NCBI GenBank assembly: GCA_022562495.1
Contig: JADFPE010000004.1
Span: forward strand, 1-61,203
Origin: Acidobacteriota bacterium
GTDB lineage: Bacteria; Acidobacteriota; Vicinamibacteria; Vicinamibacterales; UBA8438
Reading direction: 5' to 3'
Length of the DNA stretch: 61,203 nt
Shown here: positions 40,641-50,929 of the stretch, in pieces
Position numbering within the stretch: the first letter of the stretch is position 1
Layout of the letters: each line of letters opens with the position of its first letter
Translations under genes and position numbers: made by a program
The notes under the pieces: model-generated
Told to the model about the DNA's origin: nothing
The model's input: the letters and a program-made list of their open reading frames with translations, nothing else
The model's database searches: none

Positions 40641-42710
40641 TCACTCATCCGCGTCGAGCTCGGTCCGCGACAGCCGGTTCGAGACGACGGTCTCGCTGGC
40701 CAGGAACCCGAGCGCGCCGATCAGCAGATACCACCACAATGTCTGACGCCGCTCGAGGTCCGCCGGTTGGAGCTCGCGCTCCGTCGTCACCGACCGGTCG
40801 CCCGGGACACGCCCGGTGGCGGCGGCGACCAGCTCCTGCGGGTCGACACGTTCGAGATTCGACTCGGCCAGATCGACGTTGACCGCGACCACCACCGGTG
40901 CGCTGTCGGGGGCGTCGGTGTCGCGAATCTCATAGAACCCCTGTTCGGCCAGCTCGATGAACCCGGCCCGCCCGTCGCTGCCGACGGTCAGCCGGTCCTC
41001 GGACGGGTCACGCACCACGAGATTCCCGCCGACAAGGTCGAGGTCCGCCGCGCCGGGATACTGCGCCAGGTCGAGGACCTGCCCCGCCGTCAGATAGGGC
41101 GTGGGCGGGGTGTAGGCTGCCAGATACTCCACCACCTTCTGCACGAACGGCAGATAGATCCCCTTGCGTGCGAAGTCGTTCCAGAAAGTGTCGATCGTCG
41201 AGGTCCAGATCAAGACCCGGCCCTCGCCGACGAGATGCTCCGCCATCGCCGCCGCGCCGTTGTCGAACCGGGCAAGCACCGCCGTCTCGGGCCGCGTGTC
41301 GAGCGGCCGATACCGGTAGAATCGCGGCGCCGTCAGATCGCCGCTGCGCGGCGTGCTGAACACTTCGAACACCGGGTGACTGAAGTCGACGAACCCCAGG
41401 GCGCCGCCGCGACCGTCCCGATCGGCTGGCTCGTCGAACGTGCCGGGCAGCAGATCGAGGTCGTCCCCCGGCCAGCGAACCCGTTCGCCAAGCACGACCC
41501 AGAGTCCGCCGCCCGACTCGACGAACCGCGTGATCGCGGCGCCGATCTGGCCACTGGGCAGCCCGACGTCGTTCAGCACCACCACCCTGGCCGTCGCCAC
41601 GTCGGCGGCGGTCACCTGGTCCACCGAACGGACCGTGACGCTGAACGAGGGGCTCGTCCCGATCGCCAGCGCGCTGCGCAGATACAGATTCGCGTCGGCG
41701 GCACCCGCGCTGCCGACGACCAGCACCGGCACGACATCGCCCGGGGCCACCGTGAAGTGGAAGACGTTGTCGTGCGGCAACGCATCCGCCTCGGCACGCA
41801 CCGAGACCGGCATGGCCGTGTCTTCCAGGGTGAACGGCGCGAACGTCACGGTGGCCGAGCTGTTGGCCTCGACCGTCACCGGCAACGACTCGAGCTCCCG
41901 ACCGTTCAGCTCGAGCGACACCCGCAGGTTCTCGACCGTCTCGTTACCGCGGTTCGCCAGCCGCGCGGTGACGATGGCGCGCTCACGGCCCGAGAAGAAG
42001 TCGCGTTGCACCGAGGCCCCGGCGACGAGCATATTGGCCGTCTCGTCCTCGTCCGCCACCGATATCGCGGTCAGAACGGTCCCCGGGGGCAGCAACGTGT
42101 TCGCGGCGCTGTCGACACCGATCCGTTGAAAATCGGTGATCAGAAACGCCTCGAGCCGTGGCTGATCCGAGTCCTCGAAAATGCCCTGCGCGAGCTGCAA
42201 CGCCGGGCCGTATCGCGTGGTGCCGGCGCCAAGCTCCGTTTGGTCGATCGTCGCGAGCAGGCTGGCCCGGTTCCTCGTCGACCGCGCCCCCGACTGTGCG
42301 CCGCTGTCGAAGAAAATAATCGTGGCCTGGTCGTCGGGCGCCAGATCGCGCACCACGTCCCGGGCGGCATCACGCGCGCGCTCCCACCGGTTGCCGTAGC
42401 CCATGCTGTAGGACCGGTCGACCAGGATCACGACTTCTCGCGAGCCACCCGTCACCGCCACCAGCACGGCCGACCGGAAGAAGGGTCGCGCGAAGGCAGC
42501 GATGAGCAGTGCCAGGGCGGCGCACCGCAGCAGCAACAGGAGCCAGTGGCGGACCCGCTGCCGGCGCAGCGAATGAAACGGGATCTTGCGCACGAACATC
42601 AGCGAGGGGAACTCGATGACCTCGGTGCGCTGGCGCTGGATCATGTGGATCAGGATCGGCACGCCGAGTGCCACGAGCGCCGCGAAGAACAGCGGGGTCA
42701 GAAAGGACAT
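40641..42710 (-). CDS. BatA N-terminal double-TM plus VWA domain protein
   Basis: MSFLTPLF...PILIHM...EFPSLMF, MIDAS DRSYSM, ITDFQ and a C-terminal TM. Confidence 0.9.
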   Translation of the reverse strand: MSFLTPLFFAALVALGVPILIHMIQRQRTEVIEFPSLMFVRKIPFHSLRRQRVRHWLLLLLRCAALALLIAAFARPFFRSAVLVAVTGGSREVVILVDRSYSMGYGNRWERARDAARDVVRDLAPDDQATIIFFDSGAQSGARSTRNRASLLATIDQTELGAGTTRYGPALQLAQGIFEDSDQPRLEAFLITDFQRIGVDSAANTLLPPGTVLTAISVADEDETANMLVAGASVQRDFFSGRERAIVTARLANRGNETVENLRVSLELNGRELESLPVTVEANSSATVTFAPFTLEDTAMPVSVRAEADALPHDNVFHFTVAPGDVVPVLVVGSAGAADANLYLRSALAIGTSPSFSVTVRSVDQVTAADVATARVVVLNDVGLPSGQIGAAITRFVESGGGLWVVLGERVRWPGDDLDLLPGTFDEPADRDGRGGALGFVDFSHPVFEVFSTPRSGDLTAPRFYRYRPLDTRPETAVLARFDNGAAAMAEHLVGEGRVLIWTSTIDTFWNDFARKGIYLPFVQKVVEYLAAYTPPTPYLTAGQVLDLAQYPGAADLDLVGGNLVVRDPSEDRLTVGSDGRAGFIELAEQGFYEIRDTDAPDSAPVVVAVNVDLAESNLERVDPQELVAAATGRVPGDRSVTTERELQPADLERRQTLWWYLLIGALGFLASETVVSNRLSRTELDADE

Positions 42711-43624
42711 CAGCGCGCTTTCGTCAGCTTATGACGCATGGTCAGATACTTGAACAACGCGTGGTCCAGCGGCACCGAGGTATTCAGAAACGCGTAGTCG
42801 ATCCGGTTCTGGCTACAGAGCTCGGTGAGCGCCTGGATGTGGTCCTGCACCAGCTGCCGATACTGCTCACGGAGCTTGTCGGGCACCACCGGGATCTTCC
42901 GCCCGGTTTCGAGATCCTGAAAGCTGGTCGAGTCGTCGTACGGAAAATCGACCTCTGCGGGGTCGAGCACGTGAAACATGATCACGTCGCTCCCGGCGAA
43001 CCGCAGCGGTTTCACCGCATCGAGAATCTTCTCCGGCTCGTCGTAGAAGTCGGAGATGATCGCCAGGATGCTCCGCCGCTTGAAGAACTCGGTGGCCTTG
43101 TGGAGCGGCGGCCCCAGCGCCCCCGGACGCCCCGGGTCCATCTGGTCGAGCGTGTGCATCGTCACGTCGAAGTGCTTCGCCGACGGCGGCACGCGCTCGA
43201 CGATGTCGTCGTCGAAGGTCACGATCCCCACCCGGTCTCGCTGCTTGGTACTGATGTAGCAGAGACAGGCGGCGAGAAAGCGCCCGTAGTCGAGCTTGGT
43301 GACACCCCGGCTGCCGAAGCTCATCGACTTCGACACGTCGAAGAGCACCGAGAAATTCGTGTTGGTGTCCGCCTCGAACTGCTTGACGTAGAACCGGTCC
43401 GTCCGCGCGTACAGCCGCCAGTCGACGCGCCGAATGTCGTCGCCCGGCATGTAGGCGCGGTGCTCGGCGAAATCGATCGACACCCCGAGATAGGGCGCCT
43501 TGTGCAGCCCGGTGATGAACCCCTCGACGACCCACCGCGCGACCAGCTCCAGGTTGCCGATGCGAGCCAGTATCTGCGGGTCGATGAAACGCGCGCCGTG
43601 CGAGGGGGTCGCGACCGTGGTCAT
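42710..43624 (-). CDS. DUF58 domain protein
   Basis: DFAEHRAYMPGDDIRRVDWR, DVSKSM and IISDF. Confidence 0.95.
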   Translation of the reverse strand: MTTVATPSHGARFIDPQILARIGNLELVARWVVEGFITGLHKAPYLGVSIDFAEHRAYMPGDDIRRVDWRLYARTDRFYVKQFEADTNTNFSVLFDVSKSMSFGSRGVTKLDYGRFLAACLCYISTKQRDRVGIVTFDDDIVERVPPSAKHFDVTMHTLDQMDPGRPGALGPPLHKATEFFKRRSILAIISDFYDEPEKILDAVKPLRFAGSDVIMFHVLDPAEVDFPYDDSTSFQDLETGRKIPVVPDKLREQYRQLVQDHIQALTELCSQNRIDYAFLNTSVPLDHALFKYLTMRHKLTKAR

Positions 43625-43635
43625 GGCCTCGGTGG

Positions 43636-44673
<1,038 letters not shown>

Positions 44674-44829
44674 GGTTCCGCTCTCCTTACCGGTAGCCAG
44701 CGCCCTGCAGGGCCGCTGTCGTCTTCGTCTGTTCCAGGCCGGCCCCAGCGGGTCGGTCCGTCCGCGGGTCTGAAGACCCGCGGCTACCTATCATCTAGGT
44801 GTCAACGCATACAGTCGCGCACTGAACCT

Positions 44830-44888
44830 GAAGCTGGCGAAGCCCTCCGGCTTCATTCTGACTCCTGCCTCCTGACTTCTGACTCCTG
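44830..44888 (+). repeat. GAAGCTGGCGAAGCCCTCCGGC plus heptamer composite repeat
   Basis: Family member; a REP-like CGCGGGTCTGAAGACCCGCG hairpin also lies at about 44763-44782. Confidence 0.75.
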
Positions 44889-44900
44889 TAGGGCGCACGT

Positions 44901-45677
44901 CTAGTGTGTCAGCGCATACATGATGTAGTTCACGCCCAGCTTGTACGCCTCGTTCGTCAGATCGATCGTCAGCCAGCCCATGCCGTCGAACTCCCAGTAC
45001 TCGCCGATGTCGTTGTTGTAGTTCGCCACCGACAGCAACCGCCCGTTCGGGTCGTTGTCCTCGAACAAGCCGTAGAAGATCGGGATGGCTGGGGCGTACA
45101 TCGGTTCGAACTCCAACGAGTCGATGTCGAAGAACGAGTGATAGACCGGATGCGTGGCGTCGAGCTCGATCCAGCGGAGGTCCGGGAATACCTTCCGCAT
45201 CTGCGCTTCCAGATTGAACCAGTGCTCGTCGTGGAAGTCGTCGAAGATCAGAAATCCGCCCTTGCGCAGATAGTTGCGCAACCCGACCGTCTCCGCGTCC
45301 GACAGCGTCCAGTAGCCCGGCTCGGACATGTAGGCGAACGGGTGCATGAACAGATCCGGGTCGTCGAGCATCAGGATGGCACCACCGTCCCTCCCCATGT
45401 AGGGGTCGATGAGGGTGATGTCCTCGAGAATCCGCATCAGGTTCCGCTCGGCCGTCGGGTAGTCATGGGCCCAGGGCAGATCCGGCCGATACGCGAAGCC
45501 GCCCCCGACATACCCGAAGGCATACCGGATCCGCGCGAAGACGAACCGGCCGTCGTAGACCTCCGGCCCGGACACCGGGTCGGTGTCGGCGCGGCCCCCG
45601 ACCGCCGCCGCCGCGCCACTTGCCAGCAGCACCGCGACCGCCAGGGCCGACACGCGCCGTCTCACACCGCATGTCAT
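44901..45677 (-). CDS. DUF4159 domain protein (secreted)
   Basis: WAHDYPTAE, YLRKGGFLIFDDF, NNDIGEYWE and GVNYIMYALTH. Confidence 0.9.
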   Translation of the reverse strand: MTCGVRRRVSALAVAVLLASGAAAAVGGRADTDPVSGPEVYDGRFVFARIRYAFGYVGGGFAYRPDLPWAHDYPTAERNLMRILEDITLIDPYMGRDGGAILMLDDPDLFMHPFAYMSEPGYWTLSDAETVGLRNYLRKGGFLIFDDFHDEHWFNLEAQMRKVFPDLRWIELDATHPVYHSFFDIDSLEFEPMYAPAIPIFYGLFEDNDPNGRLLSVANYNNDIGEYWEFDGMGWLTIDLTNEAYKLGVNYIMYALTH

Positions 45678-45683
45678 CGGGTC

Positions 45684-46715
45684 TCAGCGCGGCGGCTCGG
45701 CCGCCTCCCCTTCCTCCATCGCGCGGATCTCGCGGCTCTTGAGCGCCATCTCCACGAGCAGCGTTTCCATCTCGGCCTGGTACCGGGTCTCGTCCGTCCC
45801 GCCCCGGGTCGCCTGAAGCGCCTCGACCTGCTCCTGGATCTCGAGCCGCTCCTGATAGAGCGTGCGCAACGCCGGGTCGTCTGGCAGGCCGGCGATTCCG
45901 GTGCCGTCGCCGGCGCTGATGAACATGGTCCGCGCAAGCGCCCCATCGGTCGCCGTCACGAGTGGGTCCGGTTCCCGCGTCCCTTCCCCGTCGCCGTTGT
46001 CGTCGAGCAGCGCGTGCTCGGTCTGCAGCCGCCCGTCCGACTCGTAGACGCGCGCCACCTGCGCCACCGCATACTCGAACGCCTCGAGCACCGACACCCG
46101 TCCGTCCTTGTTCTGGTCGGAGTCCTCCTCGCCGTCGGCGAACGCTTCGACGAAGTAGCCGCCGAACACCGTCGCGTTCCACTGCCCGCCGCTGCGGGTC
46201 GCCGTCACCACCGTGCGGCCCTCGCCGGAGAGCACCTCGATGAACCCGCCGCTGGCGGTCGCCGTGTTCACGAACGCCACCTGCTGCGACCGCAACGGCT
46301 CGAGCAGCCGTGCGTAATCCTGGGCAGTCAGGTCACGCCCCGGCAGGTTGAAGCGGGACTCGCCGCTGCTGTAGGTGCCGTGGCCGATCAACAGCACGAG
46401 GACGTAATCGTTGGGGCGGGCTCGTTCGGCGATGGTGGCGAACGCCCGCTCGACGTTCTCCCGAGTCGAGCGATCATCGACCCGTGCCGGATCCACGTCG
46501 GTCTTCTCGGCCAGGTAGATCACGTTCTCGGCCGGCAGCTCGTAGCGGTCGGTCGCCGCATCGATGAGCGTCGTCGCCCACCGGTGGAACTCCTCCGCGT
46601 AGGCCGGGTCGCCGCTGAGCCCGGTGATGACCAGGATATGAGTCTGCTGCGCCACCACCGGGGCGGCCAGCAGCACCAGCAGAACAGCGAGCCACGGCAC
46701 GCCACGACGGCTCAT
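45684..46715 (-). CDS. Secreted caspase/haemoglobinase-fold (C13/C14-like) hypothetical protein
   Basis: Signal peptide, VLLIGHG, VVTATRS and DQNKDGRVSVLEAF; ATGA overlap with the upstream gene. Confidence 0.7.
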   Translation of the reverse strand: MSRRGVPWLAVLLVLLAAPVVAQQTHILVITGLSGDPAYAEEFHRWATTLIDAATDRYELPAENVIYLAEKTDVDPARVDDRSTRENVERAFATIAERARPNDYVLVLLIGHGTYSSGESRFNLPGRDLTAQDYARLLEPLRSQQVAFVNTATASGGFIEVLSGEGRTVVTATRSGGQWNATVFGGYFVEAFADGEEDSDQNKDGRVSVLEAFEYAVAQVARVYESDGRLQTEHALLDDNGDGEGTREPDPLVTATDGALARTMFISAGDGTGIAGLPDDPALRTLYQERLEIQEQVEALQATRGGTDETRYQAEMETLLVEMALKSREIRAMEEGEAAEPPR

Positions 46716-48997
46716 GCCAGACCCCGCGCGCGCCGATACCCCCATTCGCCGAGCACCAGCACGAACAAGAGCAACAACAGCGCCGGCATGTCCCACAGAT
46801 CCCGCTCCTCGATCACCGTCACGCCGCCACCAACCGTCTGGATGTCGTCGACCAGCGAGTCCACCGTGTCGGTGGTGTAGAACCGGCCACCGGTTTCCTC
46901 GGCGACCCGCTCGAGCAGCGGCGCCCGCATCGTCGAGTCGTAGTATTCGGAGTCGCTCGGCGTGACCCGGAAGTAGGCGGTGTCGGTGCCCAGCAGCTCG
47001 CCGTCGGTCGTCGCCTCGATCCGCACCTCGTAGAGCCCCTCCTTGCGGGGCGTGAAGCTGGCGGCGTACTCGCCGTCCCGGTCGGCGGTCCAGTCCATCG
47101 GCACTTCGCTCAGCTCCCCGTCCGGGTCGGTGATCCAGGCCGACACCTGGCTGGTGTTGATCTCTTCGTAGCTGGCGTCGTTGACCTCGGCCTCGAGCGT
47201 CACCGTCTCGTCGAGCTCCACGCGGTCTTTGGGCACCTCCGCCACCACCTGGTCGGGTACGCCGTCGACCAGCCAGCGCAGCAACCGCCGCCACAGGATC
47301 TCGTGGGTCTGGTCGTCGACCGGAATGTCGGCGTGCATCTGCCACATCCAGGAGTCCTGGGCCAGGAAGGCGAGCGACTTGCCGGCGCCATAGCGCTGGA
47401 ACGCCAACACCACCAGCGACTCGTCGTCGCTCGTCAGCAACGTGGTCGCGCCCGGCTTCACCTCGCGGATGGCGTTCACCAGGGTGATCGCCGGCAGCTC
47501 GAGCCACCGCGCGCTCGAGGCCTCCTCGGTGTCGGCGATCTGGGTGGACGGATGGGTCGCGCCCGCTCGCGTCGGTCGCACGACGGTCTCGATGAAGAAA
47601 CTGGACTCGCCGTCGGCGGCGCTCTCGTCGAGCACCACCGGCAGCACGTCGGCCACCGGGGTCCCGGCGTAGCCGCCCTCGGCATACGTGCGATGACTGC
47701 CGAGCATGATGAGACCGCCGCCGCGCTCGCTGACGAAGTCGGAGATCATCCGCAGCTGGTCGGGGGTGAAGTAGTTCGCCTCGATGCCACCCAGGATGAT
47801 GGCGCGAAAGCGGAACAGCTCCTCGCGCGTGCGGGGGAACCCGCCCAGCAGGGCCTCGCCGTCTTCGTCGTCCTCGACCAACCGCATGAACTTGTTCTCG
47901 GCGGTCCGCTGCAACACGGCGAGCTGCAGATTCTGGTCGTCGGCCACCGCCCGTCGAATGAACTTCACCTCCCAGCGGGGCTCACCCTCGAAGTAGAGGA
48001 TCTTCTCGCGCGTGTCCTCCACGACGATCAGGACATGGCGCACGTTGTTCTGCGTGACCATTTCGTCCGGTTCCGGCGCAATCCGGAAGCTGAAGAGGCG
48101 TGGGCCGGCATCCGAGGCGCTGAACCGCACCCGCACGGTGGTCGGCTCGCCGTCGGCCGGCAAGATCACCTCCTGGTCGGCCACGATCCGTCCCTCGTCC
48201 TCCACCTGCAGGGTGACGGTCTTCCCACGATACCCGGTCTGCGCCACTACCACGTCGACCACCAGCGCGGCCCCCTTGAGCACCGACCGGGGCGTCTCGA
48301 CGCGGCTCAACTGGATGTCACGGGAGTACTCCTCGCGCCCGAGCCCGACGGTGAAGACCGGCACGCCGGCCGCCTGCAGCGGCAACAACGCGTCCCCCAG
48401 CGGGTCGTCGGCGTTGTCGGCCCCGTCGGTGACCACCACGAGCCCCGACAGCGGGACCCCGGCCAGCTCCTCGTGGGCGCGGGTGAGCGCCTGCCCCAGG
48501 TGCGTCTGGGTGCCGCTGTAGGTGAGGTCGCTCACCGCCTCGATCCGGTCGGTCGTGGACGAGAAGCTGAAGAACCGCAAGGCGAACTTGTCGGCGAGCG
48601 CGGCCAGCAACGGGCTCTCGGGGCCGCCGAACTGCTGGGTCACGAAGTCGGCGCGGGTCTCGCCGTCACGGTCGGCGATCTGCATGCTGCGCGAGTCGTC
48701 GATCAGCACGCCGAGGAAGTTCTGCTGCGGCACGACCAGCGACAGCACCAGCACCGGGCGGAACAGACACAGCAGCAAGAGGGCCAGAATCGTGAAGCGG
48801 ATGCCGGTCAGCACCGCGCGGTCGAGGGGACGGCTGTTGGCGCGGACACGCTGGTAGGTGCGGAAGGTGACGACCCCGACCACCACGATCGCCATGCCCG
48901 CCAGATACGTCGCGACCGTGGGCCGGAACGCGAGATCGCCTTCCTCGAAGACGAGCGGCCGGTACTTGAAGAGAAACTCGAACAGCGAATCGAACAT
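46712..48997 (-). CDS. Membrane protein with VWA and glutamine-amidotransferase-like domains
   Basis: IDDSRSM (MIDAS), VVTDGADN, EGEPRWE, FVSERGGGLIMLG and terminal TM EWGYRRARGLA. Confidence 0.88.
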   Translation of the reverse strand: MFDSLFEFLFKYRPLVFEEGDLAFRPTVATYLAGMAIVVVGVVTFRTYQRVRANSRPLDRAVLTGIRFTILALLLLCLFRPVLVLSLVVPQQNFLGVLIDDSRSMQIADRDGETRADFVTQQFGGPESPLLAALADKFALRFFSFSSTTDRIEAVSDLTYSGTQTHLGQALTRAHEELAGVPLSGLVVVTDGADNADDPLGDALLPLQAAGVPVFTVGLGREEYSRDIQLSRVETPRSVLKGAALVVDVVVAQTGYRGKTVTLQVEDEGRIVADQEVILPADGEPTTVRVRFSASDAGPRLFSFRIAPEPDEMVTQNNVRHVLIVVEDTREKILYFEGEPRWEVKFIRRAVADDQNLQLAVLQRTAENKFMRLVEDDEDGEALLGGFPRTREELFRFRAIILGGIEANYFTPDQLRMISDFVSERGGGLIMLGSHRTYAEGGYAGTPVADVLPVVLDESAADGESSFFIETVVRPTRAGATHPSTQIADTEEASSARWLELPAITLVNAIREVKPGATTLLTSDDESLVVLAFQRYGAGKSLAFLAQDSWMWQMHADIPVDDQTHEILWRRLLRWLVDGVPDQVVAEVPKDRVELDETVTLEAEVNDASYEEINTSQVSAWITDPDGELSEVPMDWTADRDGEYAASFTPRKEGLYEVRIEATTDGELLGTDTAYFRVTPSDSEYYDSTMRAPLLERVAEETGGRFYTTDTVDSLVDDIQTVGGGVTVIEERDLWDMPALLLLLFVLVLGEWGYRRARGLA

Positions 48998-49130
48998 AGT
49001 GAAAGACACGACCGGGCCGACAGCGACGCGAGCCAACTGGCCAGCTCACGATCACCTCGGCCCGACTCCCGGATCCAAAGGGGGCTCACGGCCCCAGGGT
49101 CACAGTGGCTGATACAGTTGGCGACGCCCG

Positions 49131-49200
49131 TCCGCCTGCGCCAAGGCTTCGGCGGACCAGCCAGTTTCTCCTGCCTCCTACCCCCTGCCTCCCGCCTCCT
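49131..49200 (-). repeat. Inverted copy of the 924-984 composite repeat
   Basis: TCCGCCTGCGCCAAGGCTTCGGCGG followed by (CTCCTGC)-like units. Confidence 0.7.
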
Positions 49201-49210
49201 TGGGCATGCT

Positions 49211-49376
49211 CTAGCAGCCCGTGGTGAAAGTCCCGCTGCATTCGGCCGGCGCTGCATCCGCCCTGCCTGCGTTGTTTCTCGGTCGAATACTGCCGGTATG
49301 CTCCCTCGTCTCGCCTTGCCAGACCGGCGCATCGCCACCCTCGGTGCGACGCGCGACTTTCACCACGGACTGCTAG
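49211..49376. mobile_element. 166-bp MITE with CTAG ends
   Basis: CTAGCAGCCCGTGGTGAAAGTC ... GACTTTCACCACGGACTGCTAG (21/22 inverted match). Confidence 0.88.
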
Positions 49377-50233
49377 TGACTCATCGCGTAGACGATGATA
49401 TTGACGGTGATCTCGATCGCGTAGGTCGAGTATTTCAACGGGTAGTAGGGGTGCTCGGCCCACTCCCAGGCGTCACCGATGTCGGTGTTCCAGTTGATGA
49501 TGACCATCAACCGGCCGTCCTCATCGAAGATGCCGCGCACGTGCGGCACGACGCCGTCCCGCTCCCAGGTCCGTCCGCCCCGTTCGGCCCACTGCGCGTT
49601 GCCGAGGTTCGGGACCTGGATGATTTCCTCGATGTTATAGACGGTGTTGAAGACCGGATGGTCGAGAGACAACTCGACAATCTGATACTCGGGCAACACC
49701 CGCTTGATCTCAGCCTCGAAGTTCGCCCACTCCCAGGTACCCCAGAAGTCGTCGATCATCAGGAACCCGCCGGCCAGCAGATAGTCGCGGAGCCCCTTGA
49801 CCTCCGCCTCCGTCATGTACATGTGCCCGACCTCGAGCGCATAGAGAAACGGGAACCTACGCAGGTCGGGGTCGTCGAGCCGGACCGCGTTTTCCCGTTC
49901 GTAGGCGTCGAGGAGGTCGATCAGCCGGCCGATGATGGTCAGGAACTGCCGGTCGGCTTTCGGGTAGTCGGTCGCCCAGGAGCCCCAGCCCCGGCGGTAG
50001 CCGCCGCCGCTGTAAATGGCGCGGGTGAAGAAGAACTCGCGGGCGTCGGCGCTCGGGTTCTTGAGCGTCGGCCTGAAGTCCTCCCGGCGGAGGATCAGCT
50101 GGCGCGGGGCGGAGGTCTCGACCGTGATCCGCTGGGCCGGCGCCGCTCGCTCGGCCGCCCACAACGCTCCCCATCCGACGCCGAGGAGCGTCGTCGCGAT
50201 CACACCCGCGCGCACGAAAAACCGTGGCCGCAA
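49373..50233 (-). CDS. DUF4159 domain protein (secreted)
   Basis: WATDYPKAD, YLLAGGFLMIDDFWG, NTDIGDAWE and NIIVYAMSH. Confidence 0.9.
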   Translation of the reverse strand: MRPRFFVRAGVIATTLLGVGWGALWAAERAAPAQRITVETSAPRQLILRREDFRPTLKNPSADAREFFFTRAIYSGGGYRRGWGSWATDYPKADRQFLTIIGRLIDLLDAYERENAVRLDDPDLRRFPFLYALEVGHMYMTEAEVKGLRDYLLAGGFLMIDDFWGTWEWANFEAEIKRVLPEYQIVELSLDHPVFNTVYNIEEIIQVPNLGNAQWAERGGRTWERDGVVPHVRGIFDEDGRLMVIINWNTDIGDAWEWAEHPYYPLKYSTYAIEITVNIIVYAMSH

Positions 50234-50397
50234 GCAACTGCTCCAGGGGAAATGGCCGGTCAGGAGCCGGTCGTGTCGGCGCGCCCCGCAAGGCGGGCAA
50301 GGTCAACTGGGCGCGCTCGTGGAAGCACGGCAACCCCTGACCCTGAGGGCAGCATAGCACAAGCCGAACGCCTGCAACGACCTGACGCACTCCCCCC

Positions 50398-50820
50398 TCA
50401 TCTGGGGGTCCCGGTCGTCTGAGGGTCGTCTTCGTGACAGCGCGAACCGGCCCGTATCGCCGCGATCAGACGCCACAGGTCGTCGTCGGGAAACTGTCCG
50501 CCGAAGCTCTGCATCCGGGTATTCGGCACCCCGTCACTGATGACCCGGAACAGGTCGGCGTCGGTGTCGCCATGCCACCACTCGCAGTCGAACAGATCGG
50601 GCGCATCGGTGCTCTCGCCCTCCTCGAGCGAGTGGCAGTAGCCGGCGCAGACCGACTCGAGCAGCTCCCGCCCCTCCTCGATCGCCGCCACGTCCCCCGC
50701 GAACCGGTTCTGGGCCGGCTGGCTGGCCCGCAAGAAGCTGCTCGCAGCGACGACGAGCAGCAGCACGAACAGTAGACATCTCCCAGGGCTGACATCGTAG
50801 CGTTTGAAGAACGTGTTCAT
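50398..50820 (-). CDS. Periplasmic c-type cytochrome, probable acceptor for the PQQ dehydrogenase
   Basis: Signal/TM segment, CAGYCH haem motif, APDL, ISDGVPNTRM (axial Met) and DDLWRLIA. Confidence 0.8.
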   Translation of the reverse strand: MNTFFKRYDVSPGRCLLFVLLLVVAASSFLRASQPAQNRFAGDVAAIEEGRELLESVCAGYCHSLEEGESTDAPDLFDCEWWHGDTDADLFRVISDGVPNTRMQSFGGQFPDDDLWRLIAAIRAGSRCHEDDPQTTGTPR

Positions 50821-50929
50821 GACACGCGGAGATGTCTGCCCCTGCGTAGCGGGACTGTAAAAAACGCGTCTGCTGGCAAGGCTGCCCCGTCTTCGCATGT
50901 CGGTGTGACGCGCAGCTTCGGTAGCAGCC

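Noticed and set aside
47303-50422. 1039-aa plus-strand ORF and similar long antisense ORFs (926-2569, 13279-14919, 40767-42734, 44904-46880, 51071-52666)
   Set aside because: Stop-poor shadows of high-GC genes with no motifs; this one also reads through a MITE.
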